Shown here piece by piece: positions 1 to 14,400 of a stretch of 64,000 bases of DNA. The number at the start of each line of letters is the position of its first letter. Positions within the stretch are counted from its first letter, which is position 1. A program made the position numbers and the translations under genes. Under the pieces are notes generated by a model that was not told where the DNA came from, ran no database searches, and worked only from the letters and a program-made list of their open reading frames with translations. Source of the stretch: Antedon mediterranea (Eukaryota > Animalia > Echinodermata); NCBI RefSeq assembly GCF_964355755.1, contig NC_092670.1:25468795-25532794 (forward strand), read 5' to 3'.

Positions 1-279
1 ATATTTGAAAGTTTGTTTTTAGAAAAATCTCGAACACAGAGACCCTCAATATGCCCTCACTGTTTTGTTTGGGTCAGAGATGTTTTTTTTGGGTCAAAGA
101 CCCTCTATAATGTAATTATTTAACATTTTTGTTCATTCTTTCAATGATACAAGTTTTTGTTGAAGTTTGTATCGAGTCTCAAAAACCCTATATTGGACTT
201 AATCAAGGTTGGAAGGAGTGGTATAAATGGGTTCTCCTTCTTAAAGCCTTCGCATCTATGCTTTCTTGGCTGACGGTGA

Positions 280-790
280 TAACAGATATGAAACTCCTTA
301 AGTAATTAAGAGGTCCTTTATACACATGGATAAAGACGGTTTCAACGTTATTTACAAACATTACGTTGGCCTACTGTGTCTAGGTATGGAATCCATATCT
401 CCAACAAGACATAAGCGCACTTGAAAGAGGAAACGTCATGCGACAAAACTAATTCCAGCTATCCATTCTTATTCATATGAAGATTGTTTAAAGTTTCTTG
501 GCCTAACAACCCTGTATGACAGACGAATTCGTGGTGACTTGATTGAAACATTCAACATTTTCAAAAGGTTTTGAGGGTGTAGCCTAGGAAGACTTCCTTC
601 AAATGAGATGCAGAAATACACGAGGACATCAGCTTAGACTTTTCAAACCTAAATTTCACAAAGGACTGATAGGAGATCCAACTTTTCACAATGAGTAATT
701 ATATATTTGAATGGTTTGCCAACCGAAGTCGTCATTTCTGAAACCACCAACACATTTAAAAACCGATTGTATTCGTTTTAGAAATGAGGT
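280..790 (+). mobile_element. CR1-group LINE, degenerate 3' end of ORF2
   Basis: Broken reading frames give IKRSF..YKHYV..YCV*VWNPYLQQDISALE and TRGHQLRLFK, matching the CR1 RT C-terminal region; boundaries approximate. Confidence 0.7.
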
Positions 791-829
791 TAAAAGGGTA
801 AAGAAGTTTTACCTATCTAAACTAATCAG

Positions 830-2934
830 AACCAAATATTCTAAACACTGAGTGGATGATTGATCGATTCAAAATAGAATCATTGGTGGTATATCAAGAA
901 ACGCTGCAATTTATTGATAGGTTCTGCATGACATGGTCAGACTGATCTCGAATCACACATAATACACAATATTCTTTCGACCTGACATATGATAAGGAAG
1001 ATCTTACATTTAAAGTAACAACTTATTAAAAGATAAAAAAAAAGTAGAACTTAGAACTTCATGAGCCACTGAGAAAGCATCGTTCTAAACCTTTGCGGAT
1101 TTCTATAAGGCAACTGTTTCGATAAAGTATATCAAAACAAAAAAAACTGACAGAAAATCTGCTGACCAACTATTGGAGTATGATCATAGCTCAATTATAA
1201 TATGTTTAACCAAATCTGACTTCAGATATCTTGATGGATGGCATTGAAATACCCACAGATGTTCCAGAAGAAAACCAAAAAACATGTTGGTCATGCACTA
1301 AAGGATTCAGTAAACATAGCTGTCAAACATCTGGTGACTATGCAAGTATTTATAAGTTACCTAGAAATTTCGTCATTTTATTGTATTTGATCATAACATT
1401 GGAACAAGCAGTGAAACGATTGAAACGTATAGTCCCAATGTACTAATCTGTACTTACATGTGTTCGGAGCCACATTCATCGGTTTGGAGGAGAACAAATA
1501 TGACAAACATTCTTCTATGTCAATCACAAAGAAGCTTATGCAATTATACATGAAAGTTGATGTATGATATACACTTTGTAACTCCAATAGCAACCGTACT
1601 AAAGTATGGACGATATCTAGTATACTGAACAATAAAGTGGTTGAAAACCTATTAAGAACAATCTAACCAGCTTCCATTCCATTACAGGTTGCAGCACGTC
1701 ATTATTTGCTGGTGGTTATGGAAAGAAATCCTAGATACTGGAAATTGTTTGTAACGCATCCACTCCTTGTAAATGGAATTGATTAACATTAAGAATTTGT
1801 ACGTACATTGTACAGTAAAGTTTAATTGCCAAATATATGGTACTCTTGAGCAACTGTATAATAACAGACTACTCTTTGGAGGGTCTTGAAATGCTACCTC
1901 CATCTAGACTCAGTGACCATATACCATGAACACTAGTGATATATTTCCCTTAAATATTAAGTATTTCACTTTACAAAATAAATATTTAAGGACTGACAGT
2001 ATTTCCCTTAAATTGTTTTCACTTAGGGAAACATTTAAAAAGCTCACCTATGGTGAATACAGACATCTTAGAACCTAACATACGGGTCAACTATCAGGTA
2101 TGTGGCCTAAATTAATCGGGTCGTTTGGAAGCCCCTAACCCAGTTGTCAGTTTGGAACTTGTTACATGTGTATGTAAACTAAAGAGCCAGATGAAGTTGT
2201 TACCGAAAGCATGCATGTGTGGTTGTGATTCAATCGTTTGCTGTACCCAGATGGCCAGTAGGAATTATATCAGTGCTGGAAGAAATACCCACCTCAGAGC
2301 GTTTACCTCCCTCCATCCCAGAAAACTCCGATATTGACATGGGCCTATTACTCCCAACCCACAAATCCTCTGTGACCGTTTTTAAATGAAATTTATGAAA
2401 TTCTAGTATGCCTCCAATTTCGGTTATTTTGATACTCTAGGACTCATCCTCTCCATCCCTTGAACACCTTCCAGGAGTGATTCAAAAAGTTTAAAATCTT
2501 CCCAGTACAATTCTGGTCTTTTTGACACCACACTATAAACATCAGCCCCAGGCTATATTTATTTCAATTATTAATACTGATAATTAACAGGTCTGTGCTT
2601 TATTTGACCTTATGACCTTGAAAATGACCTTTAAACTTGTAAGTTGAAAAATTGATGAACTTGACCATATACCGCAATATGTCAATAATGATCCAATAAT
2701 GGTTGAATTTCTTTTAATTGGCTTATATGTTGTTGAAAACAGCTTAAACCCCCATTTTACCATATTTGACCTTATAACCTTGAAAATGACCTTTGACCTG
2801 AAATTTGAGAGCGGCATCCACCCCTATCTTTTTTGTCATCCCATAAGAGATATATTCCACATGGTTGCCTGCTATTAACAGAAAATGCCCCCCCCCCCCC
2901 CATGATGAAAAAGCTCACATTGGCCGCCCTACTA
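830..2934 (+). mobile_element. Degenerate Academ DNA transposon (3' part and right TIR)
   Basis: Fragments FHEPLRK, GDYASIY, RVNYQ and a Cys-rich LELVTCVCK..ACMCGC tail parallel the Academ protein at 40050-45610. The right end GGCCGCCCTACTA finishes at 2934 and is followed by TAA. Left boundary approximate. Confidence 0.55.
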
Positions 2935-3137
2935 TAAGTAATTGATATAAATTATTTTTAATAGATTACCGTCATCATTTTTTAAAAATTACGAAATTAC
3001 AGAAGACAAAAAAGGACAATTACGGTAAATGAATATTATTGTAACATTATTTCACCATTGTAATAATTGATTATTGATTTATTTATCAAAATAGAGCATC
3101 AGTGATGACAGTAGGAATAATTATCATTTGATTTCAG

Positions 3138-4519
3138 AACACTTGTGAAGAAATGTTTTCCGCTAGATTATGCTTTTCTGATTTACAAAGATCCAGATGT
3201 AGGATTGAAGAAGTCGAGATTTAAACAAAAATTTACTTTTCGTGAATACATCTTTAGTTTGTTAACATCGGACAGGTCAAAATCTATGATTAACAAGAGC
3301 CATTTTAATTCCATTGACTTTCAAAGAGATTGTGCCATTGTCGGAAACGGAGGTATTCTTATTGGCAGCAAATGCGGAAAAAATATCAACAATCATGCTT
3401 TTGTGTTACGTTCAAATCTGGCTCCGATTGTGAATTACGAAGATGACGTTGGTACTAAAACAAATATGACAGTTCTAAACGGACAAATAATGGACGAAGT
3501 TATAGATACAGTAGATCAAGGTGCGCTGGGTAAAACATTTCTGGAGCGAATTCAGTATTTGAATGATTCTATTTTATGGTACAGTAAAGCTACTGAAGTA
3601 CAATTTAAGAAACATCAGTTACAATTCCTCAGTAAAATGCTGAAAAACAAATATAATCTTCCAATTCGATTCGGCTACAGTTGGAGAACCTTCGATCCAC
3701 TAACAAGATGGTAAGTAAGCCTTTAGCCCTATTTGTACAGAATTGGTTGCTCGGGCACGATTTAATCGAATATATTGAAAACATAAACAAATAGAATTAA
3801 ACGTATGAAAATATTCTGGAATGAGAAAATTTTAAATGAAACTCAAATGAGTAAACGATCCCAATTACGATTAAATTGTTCTTATTGCTCATAACGTCAT
3901 TTGGTTGGACTAATCTCTTTTTGTTCTAGGAAAGGGCCTTTTTTATAAGCTTGATTTAGTAACAGATTTAAGTTTTTTAATGAATGTCATTTTTTTAAAT
4001 ACGGGTGATGACCTTGGTTCTTTCCTTTTTTCCCCTTCTTTGTTGCATTGTGGGCCTACTTTCCGAATAGTGGAAAATGATGAAAGGAAGGGTTTTAACT
4101 ATACGCATATTCGATTTACGCGCCTAGTTGAAAACATTCCCGACTATGAGAAAGATTGCCGATTTCTCGCACGGAATAGGTATTGCGGTTCATGGGTATG
4201 CATCACATACAAGATCGTAAGACATAATAACATTATTTATTTCACCATCAACAGGTTCTGGGGTACAGGTATTCGTGTTCCACATCTGACTACTGGGTTT
4301 AACACGTTCACCGTTGCTGTGTCTCTGTGTGATAACATTACTCTTTACGGATTCTACCCGTTTAACCATGATACCAATGGAAAACCTCTACTTTACCATT
4401 ATTATGACAAGACCGATGTTCTTGGAAATCATAGGGTACATAATATGCCAAAGGAATATGAGTTACTTACTCAATTTAACGCGTCAGGTGTATTACGGTT
4501 GGTGACGAATTGTAATTGA
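3138..4519 (+). CDS. ST8Sia-like alpha-2,8-sialyltransferase (GT29), copy A1, last two coding exons (3138-3710, 4255-4519)
   Basis: Sialylmotif L CAIVGNGGILIGSKCG..FVLRSN..DDVGTKT, motif S TTGF..CDNITLYGFYPF, motif III YHYYD, motif VS HNMPKE and a C-terminal Cys (VTNCN*). Splice sites tttcag|3138, 3710|gtaagt and acag|4255 join in frame (TG+G=Trp). Confidence 0.88.
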
Positions 4520-4621
4520 AATAAATTGGGAAAACATTTCAAAACTTCAATAACAACTTACTTTTTGGAAATATTATAAAATAGTATAATTGTATATCTG
4601 CATTTTAAACAGCCTCCATAT

Positions 4622-7527
4622 TCAAATACACGGTGTTGTTTTTAAATGTAAAATGCCCATGTCGTTTAATCTCTGTAGTAATTTAAATTCTGTCGGAATG
4701 TTGTGAATTCGATTGTAAGTATTTTCCATTACAACATCTTCATAATAGTGATGACGAATTGATCGACCTTTAGCGTCAACAACAAACGGATAAAATCCGT
4801 ATAAGGTTATCTCTTTACAAAACGCAATGGCAACTGTGTACATATTCAGTCCAGTTGTTGTGTATGGAACGTCAATTGACCAAAACCTAAAAAAAACACG
4901 AAACAAATGATTTTATTATTATTATTTGTATTTCTCAAACATCACTCAACGTATGATGGGTGGGGGTGGAGAGCTTTATATTTGCGACACGCTATGAATT
5001 AACCTACTTTTCATTTTATCATTAGTGGGGAAACGGACACGTGCCTCCTTACTCAAAATGATCGACACAATGTTGGTGGAGATCCAACCGCAACCAATGG
5101 TACACTATTATGCTTAGTAGATGTCCTGTTGGCCGTTGCTAATGTGACCACTCGCGACTGATCTAAATTGAACGCATCGATAAGCGATTTAATGATTTTA
5201 AATGAATGTAACTTTAAATTGAAGGGAACAAAATTGGGACAGATTTTACTCTTAGTTTTAGTTAATGATGCGGCCACTGAAAGTTGCAGGCGTTGGTGGA
5301 CATTTGTGGATGACCTGACTCTAGGGGAAGTAACCAAATGTGATGCCCTTCTAAATTCCAGAATATTATTAATAGTATCGGTGAGTGGTCTACAGCAAAT
5401 GATTTTCTACCAGAACCAGTCAAATGCCAACTTATTTAATTTTTTTTAAGCAACGGCAGATTAATGTAGCCTATAAAATCAATAATTTGGACCTTCCGAT
5501 CTACTTGGTGTAAAAATTCAAGATGACCTCAGTTATGGTTATAATGTTAATGATATAGCACGCAAGGTATTTTCACTTTGTATCCTAAAGTGGTATAGTG
5601 CAGCACCAATCAGTAATATGATTACGGTTTTTACATCATATATCCAATCCAATAAAAAGAATACAGAAACGGGCAGCTGTAAGAATAATTCTTGACTCGA
5701 GTTCACGTTTTAGCTACGAATTACTCCTAGAATATGCAGACTTTGCCTTCTTTAAAGATCCGCAGAGAAAGTCTTCTTAAGTTTGGCAGTGATCTTTTTA
5801 AAGTCTACAATATTTAGGGATATGTTGCCTCAATATTATAATTCTAATAGGAATGAGATCGTTAAGGAACAATACTTGCATTTTTGCAGATGCCGTACTG
5901 AAAGGTATGTGAAATTAACAATCACGTACCTAGCACGGATCTTTTTTAACGTGTATGCTTTGTTTTTTGATTAAATTGTAATCCAACTGTTTGAACTCTT
6001 GAATGTTTTTATATATCTGAATAAATAAATAACATGATTTATCGTATAAATAACTTCATAGCCTGTCGGCACAAATGCAATTGATACAACAACAAGGTCG
6101 ACAAGCGGTGGGATCTTCCATTTCATTGCTTGCGATATAGGTCAAATAATTTGCATTCACGAATGTACAACTAACGTAATAGTAGGCTTGACTTTTCATA
6201 CATACCATTTTGTAAGATGCTCTATTCCTGTATACGTATAAGCTATACGTATTGGTAGATTATATGATACTTTTAGTTCCTTGGCTAAATACCGTAACTT
6301 GTTTTTGGCCCAGAAACGCGTTCGCGCTCCTTTGTGATACCATATCACAGAATCATTTAACCACTTCAGACGTTCAATAAATTTTGCTTTTTCCAAAGTC
6401 CGACCTTCACTAGAAAGTAGCCTACTGAATACAGCGTGCGTATGATATCATAGTTCAGAACAGTAAAATTCGTCTTCGTACCAACATCATCTTTGAAGTT
6501 TCGGATTGGTGCCCTCATGACGTAATCGTATCGAGTGTCGATCTCCGAACCGCAACCACTGTTTTCCAAAATGCCACCGTTCCCAATAATTGCACATTTA
6601 TCATACATTTTCATAGCATCTAACTTGGTTTTTATGTAAGTTCGCGTTGCGTTGTTTTGATTGATACTTTCAATTATATATTCGATGAATCCTAAGCCTT
6701 GCTTAAAGTCCATTTCAGAAGACGGGATGCCTTCTTTGTACAGCATTACCGTCCAATCAATTGGAAAACATTTTAATATATGCTTCCTTTAAAAAAAAGA
6801 ATGAATCGCAAAAACGTCAGTAATCCTAGATGTATCCTAAACTCACTGACCTTACTTAGGCCTATCCTCTTTTATAGTTAAAAACAAACACATTTTGACA
6901 AACATTTACATTCATTTACGCCTGAGGTGGTAAGACACGAGACTATCCATGGAACATTTTGATCATTTAAAAATTACACCAACCTTAACATTTCAACTTT
7001 CTTATTCACATCAGGATCTTCATCTGGATGAGCAAAAAAAGTTTCATCCAGTCTATATTAAAGAGTAAGTATTTATACTGGACTGAGATAACCTCTCAAA
7101 TGATTGTGGGGCAATGGGTATGGTGGTCGCCAGCTAGATTCAATGACAACTAATAGATTAGGGTTCAAAGAATGAAACAGTGTTGATCCTTTCACATCAC
7201 ACATAGATCTTCAAATTTTATGCATGCTATGCGACGTGAAAGTGGTATTATAAGCTGACACATGATCTATCGTCTATCTTGCTAAGTTTACCGGTCGTGA
7301 TCTTTTTTGTTATTATTATATTTCATTTATCACTGGTTACAACTTTATTAAAAGATTGAAACGTGTAAAAAAATGCTTAAAAAACATAATATAGTATACC
7401 GTTTGCATTCGACAGGTACAGGTAACCCAAACGGTTCCTCTGTAATGATGGCCAATATGAGCCAGCTTCCAAACATTAGAAAACAAAAACACCGGGGACG
7501 GGTCAACAACGTCTTTGCCTTCATCAT
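4622..7527 (-). pseudogene. ST8Sia-like sialyltransferase copy B (exons 7527-7400, 7052-6984, 6786-6206, 4886-4622), frameshifted
   Basis: N-terminal anchor MMKAKTLLTRPRCFCFLMFGSWLILAII, motif L CAIIGNGGILENSGCG, motif S TTTGL..CKEITLYGFYPF, HHYYE, HNIPTE and terminal PCI*. GT-AG junctions are all phase 2. The frame changes near 6400-6440 and about 3 codons are missing in motif L (VMR-API versus VLRSNLAPI). Confidence 0.78.
5052..6030 (+). mobile_element. LINE RT fragment (CR1/L2 group) in an intron of copy B
   Basis: GTKLGQILLLVLVND...FVDDLT corresponds to the RT QG..LGP.LF...IND and Y/FxDD motifs; many stops. Confidence 0.7.
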
Positions 7528-8889
7528 AATATCATCGATATCAAACTAGAAAACACGTAGGTAAGCTGAGCTATTAAAAATGTGGTTGAGTTAAGAATAC
7601 AGTGGAAAAAAAAGACTTCTTCAATTCAATTAAAATTTCAGACAATTGCCCATATGGTATAATACACTTACACAAAAAAAAGATGATGAAGGAGAGACTT
7701 CTAAACCTGTCGCGTTCAATGGTCTAGCCTACAATAGAAAGTAGTGCATTGTGTATGTACGGCCGCGCCTTGGCTGGCTATTTATTACAAGCACGCTAAA
7801 GCCCGGCGCACACTAGAGCTTCCGGCTGAGCCAATCGGCACGAGTACATTTTGCTCACAGTGTGTGCGCCGGGGAATTCGTGAGGAATCGGCCACGCGTG
7901 CCGCTGAGGAAAATATCTAGCCTATCCTGTTTAATATTTTTTGGCACGCGTGCCATTTTCCTCAAGTGTGCGCCGAACGTCGTGAGCAGATAGCTCACTA
8001 AAAAATTCCACTGCGCATGACATGTTCTGATTTATTATAATAATGTCAGCGAATATTAAGCGTATTAAGTAACTATCCAATCAGAAAATCGCGTACTGAA
8101 GGCGTTTAGTGTGCGTCCGATAGAACGCGATCACAATTTGCCAAAGAACTTATAACACAAGAATCTCCTGTTCTTCAATTTGCATTCAAAACACAGTATC
8201 GGAAGTACAGTGTTAAAAGGTCAAACTGGGCGACGCCATTTCACAGCATGGAGCAGCGCCCCCTCCAAACTAGGGAGTCAATTACTCGACTACCACCACC
8301 CAGCAGTGGACGTGCATGTACTTATGGATAGTAGGCCTACACTCAATATTGAATATCGAAACGTGGCAGGCTGAAGGCCCTTGACCTTTGACAAGATCGC
8401 CTAAATTTTTAATATATTAACTTTACAATACTTAGTGTTGTATATTCTGGTACAGCCGCTCCATAATCTCTTTGTTTTTCTTCCTTATATCTATATTTTT
8501 TAATTTATACTAACAAATATCTTTTTTATTAATATAATAATAATAATAATATATCAAAAATTTATTAAATAATATTCATCGCATAACATGCAATCTACGA
8601 TAATTTAATTAATTGATATAACAAATTTATTAAATACATATAACATCATTGGAATAAAAAGAACAAATCACATATCTACACATAATCATAACATCGTATA
8701 CTCTATCTCTAACAATTTATTCAATCTTCTATCGACTAAAGCCGAAGTATAGTCGTAATCTCGGGACCGTTCTATGGCCACCACCAGGTAGGCTTACTTC
8801 ATTAAGGCTTCTATGAATGGATGTACTGGTTGGGAGCAGGAACGCTAGTAGACCAAACCCAGTACCGTTTTGATTACGATCAATCGGGA

Positions 8890-10851
8890 AATTACCTCAT
8901 GAGCGTAGCTTGGTTAATTGTGAGTTGTGGTTGAGGAAAATCGCGTACAGCGGTGACTTTGGAGTTTATTGGTTGAATTTCATCTGAAGAAACTAAATGT
9001 CCCAAAAATTCAAGTTGCGATTGGCCAAATAGGCATTTAGATGGGTTAATGATGATGCCGTATTCCTGAAGGCGGTTGAAAAATAGTTTGAGATGTTGTT
9101 TATGTTCGCCATCATTCGTGCTTGCTACTAAAAGGTCATCAATATAATCATATACAAAATCAAAATCGTTGAAAAGATTGAGCTTTACGTAGGCCAAATG
9201 GCATCCGCGAGTAAATTCAAACAGTACAAAAGGTATGAGAATAGCTGTCTTGCAAATATCCTCCTCGGCCATTGGTATTTGATGATACACTCGCACAAGG
9301 ACGATTTTTGAAAAAACAGATTTTCCTTGGAGGTGAGATGTGTGAAGTCCTGAATGTGTGTGTGGGACAGGATACTTATCTGGGACGGTTACACGGTTGA
9401 GGCCTCGATAATCACTACATGGACACCAGTCGCCTAGTTCCTTCTTGGGAACTATGTGGAGAGGTGAAGCCCAATTACCACTTGAAGGTCTAACAATTCC
9501 CAAGTCCACATGTGTTGGAATTTGTGTTTAGCAATTTTGAGACGATCAGGTGGTAATCGGCGAGGGCGGGCTGAAACAGGTGGACCATTTGTTACAGTGT
9601 GATGCTTGATTTTGTGGCGTATCGGCGCATCTCTTTGGCGAGGTTTTGAAGACGGTCGCTTCTGGGGTTGGCGTTTTCCGGAGTCGGAAAATTGTCAGTC
9701 GTGAAAGTACATGGTGTATTCCTCCCGATTCCTACCAGCTTTGCAATACCCTCAATATCCAGTTCATCCTTCGTTGTGTAATGGTGGGAAGGCGACTGAG
9801 AAAAAGTTGCCGCATAACAGATTGTTACCTACTAATTGTAGCATACGACGATATCATTTGACGGCTTGTGGTCACCTAACTCCTCGGCAGTAGGAGTCGG
9901 ATGTTCGTTTAATCAGCTTACTCTTTGAGCCGTTGATAAGGACGGTCCGTCGGAGTGTTGATTAGGAGGTCTCGGACCTCCTGAGCAATTTCTGGCTGTA
10001 ATGAGCCAACCACGTAGTGGTACTTTGTGAGTTCAGTGGTAATATGTCATGTGTGGAATTGTGACTCTACCTGCGTAAACCAAATGTCATGTGTGGAATT
10101 GTGACTCTACCGCGTAAACCAAATAGCTGGATCTTTTGCCTAGAATATGGGCGCAATTTTAAGCTGGCGGCCGAAGAAACCTGTGCTGGCTGGTTAGGTG
10201 TTGGGCTGACGGTTGTGGTGAAGCCATGCCGAAAAACAAGTAATAATCCAATCCAAGTAATAACGAATAGTAATGAAGTTTACGTGTTCGTGTGTCACCA
10301 ATTGTTGTTCAACTCGATGATAAAACAGACAACAAACTAAGAATGTAGAATTAAACTGTACAATTTTATTGCAAGTGAAAAGATGCAGTAGAGTCGCATA
10401 TAAAAACACTTGATCCTCAAATAAAGAAATGCACAGAATACATTACAAAGTACTGGAATTAACAGAGTGTGTAAGTTGCTTGTTTATGATTTGATTAAAT
10501 AAACTGACTGCTAAAATGAGGAGAAGGCACCCTTATTTATATTGTCATACAGGATATGTGGGGGTGCTAATTATGACATCATCGCATAACTTTGAGATAG
10601 TTAGTTTTTAGACGAAACTTAAATGACATCATCGTCATTAAGAAGAAATTTAGATGACATCATATTTGGTATAGCACACAAGTGTCCATGGCAGGTAAAT
10701 TTATGGTTCCGTTGAGAGTACCTTAAGTACAAAGGTCTGCATAATGTAAGTAGGTGCTGACTTGTACAAATAATATGTTAACAATTATGTAGAAATAATA
10801 CTAAAGTATAAAAGTAAAAATGCATTAAAAATCATGTGGTAGGCTGCTACA
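8890..10851 (-). mobile_element. Truncated Gypsy LTR retrotransposon (5' LTR 10851-10303, PBS, gag and RT remnants)
   Basis: The minus-strand LTR reads TGTAGC...AACA and is followed by TGGTGAC (PBS-like). A gag remnant (SLKLRPY..) follows, then an RT ORF at 8892-9509 with WASPLHIVPKK, DYRGLN, YIDDLLV and EFLGH. No 3' LTR seen. Confidence 0.8.
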
Positions 10852-11344
10852 ATTGTTTACAATATACGTAATGATAGATTCAACTTACTGAATCTGATTT
10901 CTTTGCTCTTTTTCAGCATTCTTTTCTCCACTTTCTGTGGCTTTCTTCCTTTTGGAGGATGCAACATTCTGCCTTGCTATTGTTGCGGCTTCAGTCTTCA
11001 GCATTAGGTGTTTCAGCTCTACTACCTGAGACAGTGAAGTCTGTTATTGGCCGCATTCCTCTGATACTAGCTTTTTCTGTTATTTTTTCAACTGCTTCCT
11101 TCTGCTTAGTTTCCTTTCTTTTTGTTTGCTTTTTTATTTTCTTGTTTTTTTATTGTTTGTTTTTGTTTTACTTTTAGTTTGTTGAACACTTTGTTAATCT
11201 AGGTAGGGGTGGTCCGGGACCGCGACAGAACGAGAACGGGTGGGAACCCTCCAAAGAAATTGCATTTTAATTGTCAGGAATTTGTATAACTTGTTTTTTT
11301 TTTTTCGAATGCGCCTTGAGCAGTCTTGTGCGCTATAAAAATCC

Positions 11345-11387
<43 letters not shown>

Positions 11388-11407
11388 GTTATTATTATTA
11401 TTATTAT
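11345..11407 (+). repeat. (ATT)n microsatellite, probably a retroelement tail
   Basis: About 20 ATT units directly after GCGCTATAAAAATCC. Confidence 0.9.
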
Positions 11408-11419
11408 CCTGTGATACGC

Positions 11420-14400
11420 CTTCTTGACTCATCCACTAAATAGTATTGTAAGTTTTAATTGATCTGGTAGAATTCGGCAATGCAAAGTTATTATTATATT
11501 ATAACAACTTTTTTCCTGGTGGAACCTATCTTAAAGCTCTCTGAGCTTATTTGAGTTTCTCCAGATACAAGGCATTAACTATTAATTTGATTCATATTTT
11601 GTCAACATATTTTGAATTTTGCTTTGTGTAAATAAATTATTGAATGAATGATTGAATGAAAGTTAAAAACAACCGTTTTAGAGACTCTTTTTTCCTATAT
11701 GCTTGTCATCTATAATGTACATTTTTCAAGATAATTAGTTAAGGTGTTACGTTTTTATATTGTGTTTTAAATTGATTTGTATCTATGTTTCTAAGCTCAG
11801 CAAAACAAATGTCATGTATGTAATATTATGAGACAATAAATTGAATCTTGAATCTTGACTATTGGATGTCACACTTTCAAATGCTTCCTCCATAATTTCT
11901 TGCACTTTACCATCTAGTTCCAATGGATCTGTGCGGCGTTTTTAGGGTTTGTGTAGGTTTGTTTAGTAGATCATTCAAGACTTCCAAAACAGATTTTGCT
12001 TTTGTTGTGTCTTCATGTTCCTTGTTGTCACTGCCGGTATTTGGTTCTGTGAAACATTCATCTTCCTTTTCATCATACACATTCCTGTTCATTATCAACC
12101 TCAACGATTTTTTTTTTAACTATAGTAGATGTTTGCTTCATTTCTGTTATTGCATTATCGTTTTGTATATAGGCTTTATTTGTTACCGGTTTCATTACAC
12201 GAGTGACATGTTACTAAAGCTAGTCTTTTTGGGCAGGAGTTTATTTTATGTGCATGGAGAACACATTCATAACATCTTAGCTCAAATTTGATCCTTATGG
12301 AAGATTCTTGCGTTAAAGTTGTTAATTTTGCAGAATCTTGGCAAGCTATATCTTTAAACGGTTCGACAAATATAGCCCGATCACTGTTTAAAAAGCGTGA
12401 ACGCTTTCGGAGACATAACTATAGAACCAATACCATATCCCTGCACGTATTAAATGTGATTGCATTTCCGCCATGTTCGCATAGAACAATAACATTTATT
12501 TATTATGGTGGCACTATATTATATGGAGCGCCATGTAGGCATTAAGCCAATCTAGATATTACAACATCAACACAAGTTTTGACCAATGATGCGTAATAGT
12601 GGCTAAAATGGGACACACGATCTACCGTTCATAAATCCATGCTGGTAAAGAGTAATGAATAACTATCAAGGTGCAATAGCAAATGCTTATTTACAACCTT
12701 TTCAAGCAACTTACCAACAATGGAACATAGAGAGATTGGACGGTAATTTGTCATCAATAGCACCGGATTATGGATATGAATCACATTGGCCTTCTTCCAG
12801 TCGTTGGGAATGGTATCAGTTGAGAGAGATAGGTTAAATAATTTTGAAAGCGGCTCAGCAATAAATGTTGAAGTTATACTGTCTTGACCTGGTGATTTAC
12901 CAAGTTTATGAGTAGCAATACCTCCTCAGGAAAAATGCGGACTTCCTTGAGAGGAAGAAAGCCAACGTGATTGCTGCAATATCTGTGAAATCATTGTAAG
13001 GCAGCTGAGTAGGCCTATCTGCAGTAAAATTAGATGAAAAATAATCATTGAAACTGTTTTCAATCTTAGTAGTACCGTCAATTAAAACATTAAAGAAAGT
13101 GGAAGCAGGTTGAACAAACGACCAGAAGGCTTTACCATTGTCAGTAGTTCTCTTAGCTATTTTTGAGATATAATTATAAAAAGATTTCCTGATCTCAAAG
13201 ATTACCTTTTCTAAACGATTTGTAGGAGGTCCATTTATTAGGATTATTTGAACGTTTGGCATTTTGATTGTCCTTTTTACAAATGATTTTAGTTAACTAT
13301 GAGGTTCTCCAAGGCTTATTAGGCTTACCCCTGGCCTAGTCATATGAACAACTTTATGTATTATCTCAAGAAATCGTGTTTTAAATAGGTTCCAGGATGA
13401 GTAATTATTATTATTATTATTAATGTTTGATTCGTCAGAAATATCAAAGATATCATCCGAGTTTATATTCGATAAAGCACCAATACATTCGGCCACATTC
13501 ATCGTAGAATATTTAAAGAAATGACCATGTGGTAAAGAATATATGTACTGTAATTAAAGTTAAATGAGACCATTAACCCATCATGGTCGCTCACGATCCC
13601 AGGATTAGGAGTGATGCTATTATTCAAGTAAATTTTCTTTTGGATGATCCAAATAAAAATCGTAAAACTTACATTTTTTACTCTAGCTTTTTACTAATCT
13701 TAAAGGACAACTGTACCGAGGACCATATTTTAAAAACGTATTAGGGGTATACATATGATTTCAGAACCATCGCGAAATCGAGGATATCGCCGCACGCGCT
13801 CGCCGTACAGCCGTCGCCGTAAATTGCTGTGACGTCACAGGTGCATCGCATAATCTACTTAATGAGTTTTCGCTGTTGTTACCATACAATAGATAGGTAC
13901 CGTCACGGCCCAAAAATCGCTAGCTAGCAGAGAAAAAGTTTTGAGTCCGATATGGTTGAATGATTCCAGAACGTCATACGTCATGTTTCTACTAGCTACT
14001 CTTCGGGTCCCATAGACAAGTCTCGCAAAGCGCGAACATTTCTAGTAAACACACTTTTTAAATAAATCGTAAAAAATATAAAAGTTGAATTTTTTTATTG
14101 TTTGTTTTGCCTATCTGGATATTGAAGTGTTTCTTCAAAATACCAGGAAAACATTTTGGCAAATTTAAGTAATTTAAAAGGTTAAATAAGCAATTGAAGT
14201 GACGGTACCTATCTATTGTATGGTAACAACAGCGAAAACTCATTAAGTAGATTATGCGATGCACCTGTGACGTCACAGCAATTTACGGCGACGGCTGTAC
14301 GGCGAGCGCGTGCGGCGATATCCTCGATTTCGCGATGGTTCTGAAATCATATGTATACCCCTAATACGTTTTTAAAATATGGTCCTCGGTACAGTTGTCC

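Noticed and set aside
3980-4254. N-terminal part of the 179-aa ORF
   Set aside because: Intron read-through; sialyltransferase similarity begins at the acceptor at 4255.
10880-12290. Charged, coding-like minus-strand fragments (about 10880-11120 and 11880-12110)
   Set aside because: Interrupted by stops with no recognisable motif; possibly LINE ORF1 debris, but not assignable.
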